A DNA stretch of 64,000 bases, taken from the IMG/VR virus record IMGVR_UViG_3300028591_000110, positions 32,001 through 96,000 of that record; one strand, given 5' to 3'. Both the position numbers and the translations under genes were made by a program. Under the pieces are notes generated by a model. The model was given only the letters and a program-made list of their open reading frames with translations, did no database searches and was not told where the DNA came from. Below are positions 20,001 to 29,626 of this stretch, piece after piece. This DNA is from a virus. Taxonomy: Duplodnaviria; Caudoviricetes. The stretch's first letter is position 1. Each line of letters opens with the position of its first letter.

Positions 20001-22682
20001 ACCGGCGCGAAGGATCTTGGTGAGGCGCTGGAAGATCAGCTAAAGACGCTGAAAGAAGAGCTGGACGACATTCTCGGCCAGTTTGATTTCAAGATCTTTA
20101 TGGCAGAGAAGCACAACGCATCTGCCAAGGAGATTATTGAAATCTATCGCAAAATGCAGGAAGCGGTTCATGCTCAGGCTGAGAAGTACCGCTCAATGGG
20201 CGTTGACGAGAACAACGAATACATCCGGGATCTGAAAAAGCAGTGGTGGGAATACGAAGAAGCGATCAAGGACGCTCGCAAGGACGAGTTTGATGAATGG
20301 ATGAAGGATTCCAAGTTTGCAATTGAAGCGATGGATCGCGATCACACCGGAACGGACAAGATGTTGGAATCCTGGCGGACGGTGCTGAGATCCATCAATG
20401 ATGAGATCGCATATTATACCGCTCGCGGATATGACATGGCTTCGGATGAGATTCAGGATCTGCTGAAAGAGGCGTGGGACGCCGAGAGCGAGATCGAGTC
20501 GATTCTTGAGCATACGTTGGATGCGGTCAACGACAGCATTGACAACATTCAGGATCTCTATAAGACATTAAAGGACGCTGCGGAAGAGTTTGCGGAAACC
20601 GGATACATCTCACTAGATGCGTATCAGGAAATCGTGAACATGGGCGTGGAATACATGGCGTATTTGCGCGACGAAAACGGTTATCTGCACATCAACCGCG
20701 AGCGCGTGGAAGCGGTGCTGACAGCGAAGACGCAGCAGATGGCGGTAGAGTCTGCTTTGAACTATGTTCGCCAGATCGGATTGGCGCTTGCCAACAACGA
20801 GACGGAGGAACTGAAGCGGCTGCTGGACGCTACGGAGCAGACGTCGGACGCAACATGGGGGCTCGTCTACGCGAACCTTGCGTTCCTGAATCTGACGGAC
20901 AAGCAGAGAGCTGCGGCGAGAAAGAACATTGACAGCCTGCGGGCGATTGCGGACAACGTATCTGCAAACATCTCCAAGAATCTGGATGACGAGGAAGGCG
21001 CCGAGTCGGTAACGGACACGAAGGATGCACTGGAAGACATTTTGGAGTTGACCAAGGATCTGATCAAGCATGAGCATGATCAGATGCTGGACGCTCTGGA
21101 CGATCAGCTTGACAAGTATAGAGAGATCATCGACGCGAAGAAGGAATCTTTGGCGTTGACTAAATCCGAATTGAGCTACAATAAGGATGTTCAGGACAGA
21201 ACGAAAGAGATCTCCCAGATTCAGGCGCGGATTGCGGCGCTTGAGCTGGATGACAGCAGGGAAGCGGCAATCGAACGCGCGAAGCTGATGGAAGAGCTCG
21301 CCGAAAAGCAGGCAGAGCTGGAAGAGAAGCAGCGCGATCATGCGTATGATCTGCAGATGGATTCTCTGGACAAGATGGCAGAGGCGCAGGAGAAGTCTGT
21401 GAACGAGCGCAAGGAGCAGATCGAGAACGAAACCAGCTCCGAGCAGAAGCTGTATGACCTCGCGATCAAAAAGATCTCCGAGGAATGGGATACGCTGGAA
21501 GATCAGCTTTTGGCCTGGAACACCGAATATGGCCGCAGCCTGAACAAAGACGTCATCGAAAAGTGGGACGCAGCCCGTGAAGCAGCGGAGCGTTACGGTA
21601 GCTTTGTGGAGGCGCTGAATCAGATGGGCATCGCCCCGGCTGAGGATGGCGAGAAGCCAACCTCCGATATTGTCGGCAAGGTGGAAGTTTATGACGACGC
21701 GGAGCGCATTCAGGAGATCGCGGAGCAGATGCAGAAGAACTCTCTGGAATGGTTCGGGGCGACAGATGATCGCCGCAGAGAACTGGAACGCGAGAACGAG
21801 AGCCTCAGCGCCGAGCTTGAGCAATACACCAATTACGGCATCTACAAAGAGAAGGGCACATGGTATCGAGCAGACGGAAGCACACTGTATTCACTTAATC
21901 CAGATGTAAAAGACGCCGCTATTACTGCCGCGATGAAACAGAACTCCATTGCATGGTGGACTGCCTCTCCAGAGGATCAGGCGAAGCTTGCAAAGAGGAA
22001 TGAGGATCTTGCCAGCTATTCAGACGGACGCATTACGAAGCAGAATAACCAGTGGGTTGGCGTGGATGGTAATCCGCTGTATGCCATTTCCAAGGAGGAA
22101 AAGGATGCGATTGCACATCAGCTTGTGGCGATGATGAAAGCCAACAGCGCGGCATGGTCTTCTGCAACCGATTCCGGGAAGCAGAATCTTTCCAACGAGA
22201 ATACAAGGCTGGCAAAGCTGCTGGAACAGCTTCTTGGGTCAAAGGTTACACGAGACAATGGCACTGGCACTTGGTACATTGACGGGAAGCCTCTTTATGA
22301 TGTTTACCACAAGGGCGGCGTCGTCGGCGGCGGAAATCTTCGCAGCCAGGAACGATTTGCGCTGCTGGAAGAGGGCGAGATGGTTCTTGCGGAAAAGCAC
22401 TTCAAGGCAATCGACCAGATGATTGAAATGATGAAGTTCATGAAATCGCGGTCTGCGGATTTGTCCAAGGTGTATTCTGAGACGAACCAAGTCAACGCCA
22501 TGAAGGAGCGCAGCGAGAAGATCAACAGCATCCTTCAAACCAGAACGTCAAAGTCTGAGGAGAGCGTTGTCAACGTGGACGCCTCCATTTCTGTAAGCGG
22601 AATCGTGGACGAGCACGTTCTGCAGGCGATCCGGAGACATCCTCGCGCAGTGGCAGAGGAAGTTGCCAAACAATTCGTATAA
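17028..22682 (+). CDS. Tape measure protein, exon 2 (predicted spliced product ~2795 aa)
   Basis: Long coiled-coil ORF with TMP motifs (MKANPIGLL, LVGELGPEL, YHKGG); no RBS before ATG 17058; in frame with exon 1 after splicing. Confidence 0.85.
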   Translation, partial: TLKIGDFVASMQQLSNVSFYGTTQDTLKYISTLSGMTQAQQAAIISSHGYTAAQEQEILTMVRAIASLEAYTVAEMESALGIKNGELAKKLNVAATEQLTQANIRLLLADTSLSAEQRAVLLGMVQDSAAKLTAAAATDTATVANVGFAASLKAVWVAMKANPIGLLLTALPLLVIAVKAFVKAMNDAHPSLDTLKDDLQGLKTEEEDLETQSSELNDRIKELQDLKNAGTITLTEEEELGRLERENELLRQQIELQKERIAAQEEKVQDKAESNASDFFNPNKGGNGVYNNNATGLKNLIDRYNQAKEEFSKAVNEKDTDSMEKWQDVMDSARERIASIHSQLVSMRGDLGEDSEYLPKIDELLDSIAETLGLSSDGLPDSLKEAYEAYQKLKDAVGEEGAKGSDEFKTLEEEAGKAGLTVEQVTERMGENSAAAAAEAEELEKLKASATKATEALAGLQSQQSLVSGAAKEQTESGYLSVETYDKLIAASADYASCIEYENGSMQLNTEKAKELTDAKYELQLQEIELAKAQDVAKWKENAADIADLESRYASLSDTELAHLASLQSENGVLEQNIQKYNVMKSEIIELTGAYKEWLDAQSGPESGDMYDSLKTAQKAIEEGLESGKTGTAKYKSALKLLVPEDARADAAAYMQNLQRYISDDSAGVTNFIHDMVAAGLMIEDGDNVQLVPDTAIQDICEKLHITPEMAKAIFGELEEYDFHFDWEDEDFEFNTNTKSLDEINAKIAETKQKIEEIKASTVDPQVKLEQINEAKQEMQQLLQDKAALETPTEADVTTNSETAKTQLSEITGTLDEIAKKIDEVAAKQIGDLGASSTITALQNVLNKLNGINSIKLRDKTFTVTQITKTDPAGAYGFPAAGGTRGAPGGLTLVGELGPELVVSGNHYYTVGDLGAEFVNLKAGDIVFNHRDTEKLLKGLTGVRGTALAQGTAMAGKISGGGSLSNLPGYKVTSASTVQSQTTATVNVNVKTGAKDLGEALEDQLKTLKEELDDILGQFDFKIFMAEKHNASAKEIIEIYRKMQEAVHAQAEKYRSMGVDENNEYIRDLKKQWWEYEEAIKDARKDEFDEWMKDSKFAIEAMDRDHTGTDKMLESWRTVLRSINDEIAYYTARGYDMASDEIQDLLKEAWDAESEIESILEHTLDAVNDSIDNIQDLYKTLKDAAEEFAETGYISLDAYQEIVNMGVEYMAYLRDENGYLHINRERVEAVLTAKTQQMAVESALNYVRQIGLALANNETEELKRLLDATEQTSDATWGLVYANLAFLNLTDKQRAAARKNIDSLRAIADNVSANISKNLDDEEGAESVTDTKDALEDILELTKDLIKHEHDQMLDALDDQLDKYREIIDAKKESLALTKSELSYNKDVQDRTKEISQIQARIAALELDDSREAAIERAKLMEELAEKQAELEEKQRDHAYDLQMDSLDKMAEAQEKSVNERKEQIENETSSEQKLYDLAIKKISEEWDTLEDQLLAWNTEYGRSLNKDVIEKWDAAREAAERYGSFVEALNQMGIAPAEDGEKPTSDIVGKVEVYDDAERIQEIAEQMQKNSLEWFGATDDRRRELERENESLSAELEQYTNYGIYKEKGTWYRADGSTLYSLNPDVKDAAITAAMKQNSIAWWTASPEDQAKLAKRNEDLASYSDGRITKQNNQWVGVDGNPLYAISKEEKDAIAHQLVAMMKANSAAWSSATDSGKQNLSNENTRLAKLLEQLLGSKVTRDNGTGTWYIDGKPLYDVYHKGGVVGGGNLRSQERFALLEEGEMVLAEKHFKAIDQMIEMMKFMKSRSADLSKVYSETNQVNAMKERSEKINSILQTRTSKSEESVVNVDASISVSGIVDEHVLQAIRRHPRAVAEEVAKQFV

Positions 22683-22688
22683 CAGGAG

Positions 22689-23516
22689 GTGCTGTTTATG
22701 GCGTTTTATGCATGCACATTTCGTTACGATGGCATCTCAAGCGAAGAGTTTGGGCTGACATTGTGTGAGATCGCAAGTAACAAGCAAAACGGAGGGGCTA
22801 TCAATGATGGCTTCTCCGTTTTATCAGACCACATGGCAAGGAGATCGCAGCCGATTCACTACGGCGTGCAGAAGAGCGATCACCTTGAATTTGATCTTAT
22901 TTTCGGCGCCGATGAATATCTGGACAGGACTGTGGTTGCAGATATTGCAAAATGGCTGCTCGGAAGATCGAAATTCGCACCGCTTGTCATTGAGCAGGAG
23001 GATATGAAGGGATTTCAGTATAAGGCAATTATTACAACGATGAAGATTATTCCCGTCGGCGGGAAGACGATCGGCTTCAGCGCACACGTTGTTTGCGACG
23101 GGCCGTTTGCCTACACTGAAAGAATCATTTCGTCCTATAAATGCGAAGGGGTGAAAAGTTTCTATTTCAGAAACTTGTCCAATGTTCCGGAGCTGTATGC
23201 GCCGGATGTTGCAATTATTCTTGACGCAAATTCCGATTTCAAAATGGTGAACAACACGACCGGAGAAACCGTGTCGTTTGAGTTTGATGGGGCGAACACA
23301 TCCAACATTGCCATTTCCATTCACGGAAAGACGAAGGTAATGACCTATGCGGAAATCGGAGAGAGCGTCACCTTGAACTTGTATGAGTGCATGACGCTGA
23401 ACGGTGAGCGGCATTTTGTTTTCCCGCGATTTGCTCAGGGGGATAATCTGATCACCGTAACCGGCAACTGCACTTTGAAAATAGAATCTGAATTTCCTAT
23501 GGCGATAGGAACATAA
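22689..23516 (+). CDS. Distal tail protein (Dit)
   Basis: F.YDGISSEEFGL N-terminus, CDGPFAY, GDNLI; follows the tape measure gene. Confidence 0.75.
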   Translation: MLFMAFYACTFRYDGISSEEFGLTLCEIASNKQNGGAINDGFSVLSDHMARRSQPIHYGVQKSDHLEFDLIFGADEYLDRTVVADIAKWLLGRSKFAPLVIEQEDMKGFQYKAIITTMKIIPVGGKTIGFSAHVVCDGPFAYTERIISSYKCEGVKSFYFRNLSNVPELYAPDVAIILDANSDFKMVNNTTGETVSFEFDGANTSNIAISIHGKTKVMTYAEIGESVTLNLYECMTLNGERHFVFPRFAQGDNLITVTGNCTLKIESEFPMAIGT

Positions 23517-23538
23517 AAGAGAAGGGAGGTAAGGCATA

Positions 23539-26500
23539 TTGAATGTTAATTTGAGTGCGCTGCATGCGGCAGCGAACGGCGGGATTGAGCCGGCGTATCT
23601 GATTTTGAAGACCATGCACGGGAAAACAATCGGGCTGATTACGCAGCACATTGATTTGCAGCTTGAGCTCAAATTTATTGACGACTCAAAAATCTCATTC
23701 AAGATCCCTGCTTATGACGGAGAAGAGCCAACGGCGCTCTATGACGAGCTGATCTCCATGCGCAAGATTGAAGTTCCAACCATCGGAACCTTTGTTTTGG
23801 ACGAACCAAAGACGGAAGGGGATGGGCTGAAGGAGGTCAAGGAAATTACCGGATACTCCGAAGAGCGCGTGTTTGCGAACAGGGATATCTTGCTGGAGCA
23901 GGGGACGTATAGACTGTACTCCGCAGATGACCTTGCCTCCGAAACCCCGACAACGATCATGGGCATCGCGCATCGGCTGATGCCCAAATGGTCGATCTGG
24001 GTGGACGAGAGCCTGTATAACAAATACAGGACGTTTGACAATACGAAAACCGGGCTTCTGGGATGGCTGCGCGGGACTGCTGCAAAAGCGTATGGATGCC
24101 TGTTCAATTTTGATTCTGCAACCAAAACGCTTTATGTGCTGGACGCGAACAAGGAGTACAGGACGAATCCGATTTACCTGTCTTATGATAATCTTTTGAA
24201 AAAGGGAGTACGGACAGAGTACACGAAAGAGTTTCTGACGGTGTTGAATGTTTACGGCGCAGATCCCGTGAACATCCGCGAGGTAAACCCGATCGGCAGC
24301 AACAAGATCTACAATCTGGATTACTTTATCGAGATCGGAGACATCCCGGAAGATTTAAGCAATAAATGGAGAGCATGGCAGGCAGAGATTGTGCTTGCTC
24401 AAAACAACTATACTACAATGCAGCTTCTGCGCAATGCGGAGATGATGCGCAGGGAGACTCTGAATGCGTCAAAGCGCGATCTGGAAGGGGAAGCGACAGA
24501 CATTGAAAACCGGATCAGTGTTGTGACGCAGGAATTGGCGCTGACGGAGGACGAGGAAGACAAAGAAGAACTGCAGGATACGCTGGAAGGTCTTGTCGAT
24601 CAGAAAGCGGCAAAGCAGGGAGAGATCGACGACGTTCAGGATGAGATTGACGCTTCGCAGGACACGATCGACGAACACAATGCGGCGCTATCCGATATCG
24701 TTGCGGAGCTGTCTTACAACTCCTACTTCACGGCGGAAGAGCGGTCGATCCTTGACGATTACTTTATTGAGGGCGACTTCACCGACGAGACGTTTGCTGT
24801 GTTCGATGTGGATATTTCAGGCGAACAGGATTACTACGAGAAGGCGGAGACGTGCACGATCTCTGTAGAAACAGACGAGGACGAGCAGGTTGAAGAGCTG
24901 GATTTGTCTGAGGTAGATCCCGGCAACATCATCAACAAACGAGTCATCCGTGTGAGCGGCGGCGTTTTGACGGCTGAGATCGGCAACACCGAGATTGAGG
25001 CAAAGATCCTATCCGGCACGGTGGAGCGCGACAGCGACACCGGAAGAACGGTGTGTTCTTTCTACACCGGCGCAGGAAATCTCACAAAATCGAATAGCGT
25101 GACGACGTTTGTGAACGCAAACGTCAACTTTATCAGCTCCGATTCAACGCTGCAAAACGGCGACAATCCGCTGAGTAATGCTGTGCTTTCTGAATGCAGT
25201 GCATATTTCACGAAAAACAAGACGCAGTTTGAGTCTTACGCGGTGCAGCAGCAACTGTTTGATCACGCCGCAGAACAGCACCGCGCGATCGCGTATCCGA
25301 CGTGTGAGTTCGACATCGAATCCGGCAACGTCATTTACGCGGAAGAGTTTGAGCCGTTCAAGGATGTGCTTCGTCTTGGCGAAGGTGTGTATCTTGATTT
25401 TGGCGACGGCACGGTTTTGACGCCGCTGCTTTTGGAGATGCATTTCAGTTTTGACGACCCATCCAAATTCGACCTGATCTTTTCAAACAGCTATTCGCGT
25501 TCCGGCAGCGTGAAAACGATGAAGGATCTGCTTGCAGAAAGCCACGTCAGCGCGAGAACACTGGAAATGTCGAAGTATAACTACGGAGCGTTTACCAGAT
25601 CCGGTGCGGAGAGCGAAGTGTCGAAGCTGTTCACGCAGGGACTTGACGCGGCGACGAAACAAATTCTGGCCGGTGTGAACAACAGCGTCGTGATCGACGG
25701 CTCCGGCATTACGATCCGGAATCCAGATGATGAGACGGTCTATCTGAAAATGAACAACGGCATGTTTGCTTTCATGGATGGATCTGACACGGCGAAGCTG
25801 GCGATCGGTAAGTTTTATGATACGGGTATGGGTCAGGTGATGTACGGCATTGTGGCGCCGAATATTGTCGGCACGCTGCTGGCCGGCGAGAATCTGATTA
25901 TCCAAAGCCCGAAATTTGACGGTACAAATATGTATTTCTCTGTGGATGCAGACGGCGTTCGGTTGGCGAACGGTCAGTTTGATATCTACAAGATTTCCAG
26001 CCAAGAGGGCTTGAGTGTTTCTGAAAAGTCAATCTCCATTGATCCGAACCTCGGTATTCTCGGCGGCGATCTTGATAATGCGATTGCGTATGATCAGAAC
26101 GGTGCTGTTACGGGCGTGAAGATCATGAACGGCAATACGCTTATCGGAACTGTGACAAGTATTGCTGACGCAAAAGCAAATTACACCAATTCAATTCAGC
26201 ATTTGACTCCAAACTTCTGGCTTGATCTGAATGGCGATGCGTTTTTCCGTGGTACGATCTATGCGACGGACGGTTATTTCTCAGGTACGGTTCACGCAAC
26301 AGACGGCGAGTTTAGCGGAACTCTGAATGCCCCAACACTGACCGGAACAATGGTTGCCGGCAGCGGCGGTGTGATTCGCGGCGCTCGGATTGAGGTTGGC
26401 GGTGCGAATTACGATAAATTCGTCGTAACAAGCAGCGGTGATGTGTATCTTGACGGCAATATCCACATGACCGGTCAGATTGACTGGGGCGATAATACCG

Positions 26501-29229
26501 GGCCGGACAGCGGCGACGACAGCGAATTTGTTGACAGTGTTAATGCATATATGAGTGCCAATGATGCTGCGCTGCTGCTGATGCAAAGACAGCTTGACGG
26601 CCAGATTATGACGTACTTTGAAACATATGCCCCGACACTTGCAAATGAGCCGGCGTCAGCGTGGACAACCGATGCGCTGAAGGATGAGCACCTTGGCGAT
26701 ATGTTTTACAACAGCACAACCGGATATGCATATCGGTTTGTCAAAAACGGTGATACATATGAATGGGAGCGCATCGGCGATAACTCTGTCATTCAAGCGC
26801 TTGCGCTTGCTGCGAAAGCGCAGGATACGGCAGACAGGAAGCGGCGTAACTTTATTGTGCAGCCATACCCGCCGTATGATGTCGGAGATATCTGGATGAA
26901 CGGGACGAAAATCCTTGTCTGTGTTCACGCACAGACAATCAGCGGAGCATTCGATGAGGATGACTGGGAAGAGCGTGTTGCATATACCGACGATTCTGTG
27001 GCATTGGCAATTGCACAAGGCACATACACCGGCGGCGCGTTTATTGATGGTAAAATACTTCATATGCCTATTGTTTCAGGCGGAAGGCTGTATGGGGCAA
27101 TCAGCTTGCAAGTCGGCGCGAACAACAATAATTTTACAGCGGACAATATGCTGGAATACAATTACAATTTTGCTGTGTCGCAAAACGGAGCGCTTGGAAT
27201 CGGTTATAACGCTGGAGCTCAGAGCTCAAACTATCGTAACTTCTACGTTGATCCAACCGGCAATGTGTGGCTGATGGGCAATATCCACATGATTGGTGCT
27301 ATTGACTGGGGGAGCAACACAGCGCCGACAGGCGATGCTGATTACGACGCTCTTTCTTCAAGAGTGAGCAATCTTGATATTATGCTTCGGCAATACATCC
27401 AGTCAAACGGCGCTGAGGTTTCCGGGTTGAGAGACCGCATGGTTGAAACATATTATTTTAATTATGCTCCTACATTAAATAATATCCCAGCATCAGAGTG
27501 GACTGAAGATTACCAAAAGGCGGAACATGTAGGCGATTTGTTTTTTGACAAATCTACAGGTTATACATATCGTTTCAATGATGCCACGACTACGGTTAAT
27601 GGTGAAGAAGTTACGACTTATAGCTGGGATCGAATCGAAGACAGCGATATTACCGAGGCTTTAAGCGCAGCCTCTGAATTGGAGGCAGCCATCGACGGAC
27701 ACATCAGGCATTTTGTAACAACACAAGAACATCCTACTCCGTATCCGCCTTATGACGAAGGTGATCTCTGGACGGATGGCGTCACGATGTATACATGCAT
27801 TCGAGCGAGGACAAGTAATGAGTCATATAGCAGATCTGACTGGGCTAATGCAACTGCGCTGCAAAAAATAGTAGGCGGCGATTACGATGGGCATTCCTAT
27901 ATTGATGGCGTAATGCTTCAAATGCCTATTATCAGCGGTGGCGATATTTATGGTGCAGTCAGTCTTAATATCGGAGCAAGAGGGAATAATCAAGGCTACA
28001 ATTTCGTTGTCGATCAATATGGAAGTGTGACAACCGCTGGAGACGTTACGCTTGGCGGCAACATTACTCTGAGCGGCAACATTACTTGGGGAACCGGGAC
28101 GAGCCCGACGCAGGTCGTGTACGCAGAAACACAACTTTCAAAACCGATTGATGGGACAGCGTATAGTACAGATAATTTCCCGCTTACAAGCAGCTCGACA
28201 TGGCATAGGAGAATGTCTGCTTCTGATATGTATGCTTCTTATACATATGACGGAGGCACAACATGGACGATGGCAGTTAAGATCAAGGGAACCGATGGTG
28301 ATCCTGCAACGGTAACAAGGGATTCTATTGTTTCTGCACTTCGGAATGCAACAAGCGGGCTGCCTGACGGCATTTATCCATATTCGTATACTGATAGTGG
28401 TACAACCAAATACGCTATCGGCATCAACGCTACTTATATTAAAGCTGGTACTATTGATGCAAATGGTATTCGTTTTTATGGAACTAATACATTAAATAAT
28501 GTTACCGGCGGCGGTGGCTTCCATGTTGGCACTGGTCATGACGGCAACAGCACGACATATGGCGCGAAGATGTATGGTTATAACGCAGAAAATACGAACT
28601 ATATTATCGCAACCAATGCTGGTGTTAGAATGACGTCCGGTGGTGGAACTACAGAAATGTGGTGCATCAACGATCAAATTAGCATTGGATATTATAAGAG
28701 TGCAACAAACCATGGATCTGGACAGCATTATGGAAAAATCTATATTAAAAAGGACGCAAATAATAATGGTCAGGTAAATATAGAGTGTAATGATTTCAGC
28801 GTCGGTGCTGGCAGTGTTCATTTTAATCTTGGTGGCGGAGTCGTATACTATGGCGATACGCCGGTACATGGTTCTGACGCAAGTTTAAAATATGATATTC
28901 GATATGATTATGATAAGTATGAAGACTTCTTTATGAAGCTCAAGCCGTCTGTTTATAAGCTTTACACAGGGAACAGTGGAAGGGATCATACTGGGTTTAT
29001 TGCGAATGATATTCAGAATGCGTTATCAGAAACGAATATATCCACAAATGAATTTGCGGCATATGTCGAAGAGAAAATGTATGACGAAGAAGGCTTGTTT
29101 ACTGGAATAAAACGAGGGTTGCGGTATACAGAGTTTGTATCTCTGAACACCTATATGATCCAAAAACTATACGCTCGAATTGAAGAGCTTGAAAACAGGG
29201 TTGCACTTTTATCTGGAGGAAATGAATGA
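23539..29229 (+). CDS. Tal/baseplate hub-tail fibre protein with C-terminal intramolecular chaperone (peptidase S74-like)
   Basis: Follows Dit; C-terminal SDASLKYDI...GFIANDI...LRYTEF..L...IQKL motif; internal duplicated modules. Confidence 0.75.
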   Translation: MNVNLSALHAAANGGIEPAYLILKTMHGKTIGLITQHIDLQLELKFIDDSKISFKIPAYDGEEPTALYDELISMRKIEVPTIGTFVLDEPKTEGDGLKEVKEITGYSEERVFANRDILLEQGTYRLYSADDLASETPTTIMGIAHRLMPKWSIWVDESLYNKYRTFDNTKTGLLGWLRGTAAKAYGCLFNFDSATKTLYVLDANKEYRTNPIYLSYDNLLKKGVRTEYTKEFLTVLNVYGADPVNIREVNPIGSNKIYNLDYFIEIGDIPEDLSNKWRAWQAEIVLAQNNYTTMQLLRNAEMMRRETLNASKRDLEGEATDIENRISVVTQELALTEDEEDKEELQDTLEGLVDQKAAKQGEIDDVQDEIDASQDTIDEHNAALSDIVAELSYNSYFTAEERSILDDYFIEGDFTDETFAVFDVDISGEQDYYEKAETCTISVETDEDEQVEELDLSEVDPGNIINKRVIRVSGGVLTAEIGNTEIEAKILSGTVERDSDTGRTVCSFYTGAGNLTKSNSVTTFVNANVNFISSDSTLQNGDNPLSNAVLSECSAYFTKNKTQFESYAVQQQLFDHAAEQHRAIAYPTCEFDIESGNVIYAEEFEPFKDVLRLGEGVYLDFGDGTVLTPLLLEMHFSFDDPSKFDLIFSNSYSRSGSVKTMKDLLAESHVSARTLEMSKYNYGAFTRSGAESEVSKLFTQGLDAATKQILAGVNNSVVIDGSGITIRNPDDETVYLKMNNGMFAFMDGSDTAKLAIGKFYDTGMGQVMYGIVAPNIVGTLLAGENLIIQSPKFDGTNMYFSVDADGVRLANGQFDIYKISSQEGLSVSEKSISIDPNLGILGGDLDNAIAYDQNGAVTGVKIMNGNTLIGTVTSIADAKANYTNSIQHLTPNFWLDLNGDAFFRGTIYATDGYFSGTVHATDGEFSGTLNAPTLTGTMVAGSGGVIRGARIEVGGANYDKFVVTSSGDVYLDGNIHMTGQIDWGDNTGPDSGDDSEFVDSVNAYMSANDAALLLMQRQLDGQIMTYFETYAPTLANEPASAWTTDALKDEHLGDMFYNSTTGYAYRFVKNGDTYEWERIGDNSVIQALALAAKAQDTADRKRRNFIVQPYPPYDVGDIWMNGTKILVCVHAQTISGAFDEDDWEERVAYTDDSVALAIAQGTYTGGAFIDGKILHMPIVSGGRLYGAISLQVGANNNNFTADNMLEYNYNFAVSQNGALGIGYNAGAQSSNYRNFYVDPTGNVWLMGNIHMIGAIDWGSNTAPTGDADYDALSSRVSNLDIMLRQYIQSNGAEVSGLRDRMVETYYFNYAPTLNNIPASEWTEDYQKAEHVGDLFFDKSTGYTYRFNDATTTVNGEEVTTYSWDRIEDSDITEALSAASELEAAIDGHIRHFVTTQEHPTPYPPYDEGDLWTDGVTMYTCIRARTSNESYSRSDWANATALQKIVGGDYDGHSYIDGVMLQMPIISGGDIYGAVSLNIGARGNNQGYNFVVDQYGSVTTAGDVTLGGNITLSGNITWGTGTSPTQVVYAETQLSKPIDGTAYSTDNFPLTSSSTWHRRMSASDMYASYTYDGGTTWTMAVKIKGTDGDPATVTRDSIVSALRNATSGLPDGIYPYSYTDSGTTKYAIGINATYIKAGTIDANGIRFYGTNTLNNVTGGGGFHVGTGHDGNSTTYGAKMYGYNAENTNYIIATNAGVRMTSGGGTTEMWCINDQISIGYYKSATNHGSGQHYGKIYIKKDANNNGQVNIECNDFSVGAGSVHFNLGGGVVYYGDTPVHGSDASLKYDIRYDYDKYEDFFMKLKPSVYKLYTGNSGRDHTGFIANDIQNALSETNISTNEFAAYVEEKMYDEEGLFTGIKRGLRYTEFVSLNTYMIQKLYARIEELENRVALLSGGNE
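26437..28092 (+). repeat. Tandem ~270-aa module duplication inside the tail protein
   Basis: G.V.L.GNI...G.I.WG occurs three times; APTL.N.PAS.WT....K.EH.GD.F...TGY.YRF and PYPPYD.GD.W occur twice. Confidence 0.75.
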
Positions 29230-29609
29230 AAGTATCTGTAAAAGATGTGTTGGCGGCGAGTGTCGCAATTCAGTTTATGGAAATCACCGGCACGGTTCCG
29301 TTCAAGACGGTGCGCGGTCTGAGCAAGATCAGAACGTCTTTGGCGGAAGAGGCGCAGATTGCGAACAAAGAGCAGGAGCGCCTGCTTGGTGAATATGAAG
29401 GCAAGGTGCTTGGGAACGGATCAATCTCATTCCCAAGCGCAGAGAAGAGAAAAGAGTTTGAAGCGGCCTGGATCGGCATCCTCAATTCAGAGGTGGAGTT
29501 CGATCAAGACCGCTTTGATCTATCAGCGCTGGTAGATCAAATTGTATTTCATAACGCGAACGTGGACGTGGATGCACTGTCCACGTTCTTTGATTTTGAT
29601 GGGGATTAA
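29226..29609 (+). CDS. Small tail-associated hypothetical protein
   Basis: ATGA-coupled 127 aa ORF. Confidence 0.6.
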   Translation: MKVSVKDVLAASVAIQFMEITGTVPFKTVRGLSKIRTSLAEEAQIANKEQERLLGEYEGKVLGNGSISFPSAEKRKEFEAAWIGILNSEVEFDQDRFDLSALVDQIVFHNANVDVDALSTFFDFDGD

Positions 29610-29626
29610 AAAAGAGAGGTGATCTT

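Noticed and set aside
2082-21824. Long antisense ORFs (e.g. 3069-4343, 8645-9919, 20613-21824)
   Set aside because: They are shadows of strongly codon-biased sense genes, with no RBS or motifs.
13124-22682. TMP pseudogene or two independent tape measure genes
   Set aside because: The predicted intron with IGS-defined splice sites restores a single reading frame.
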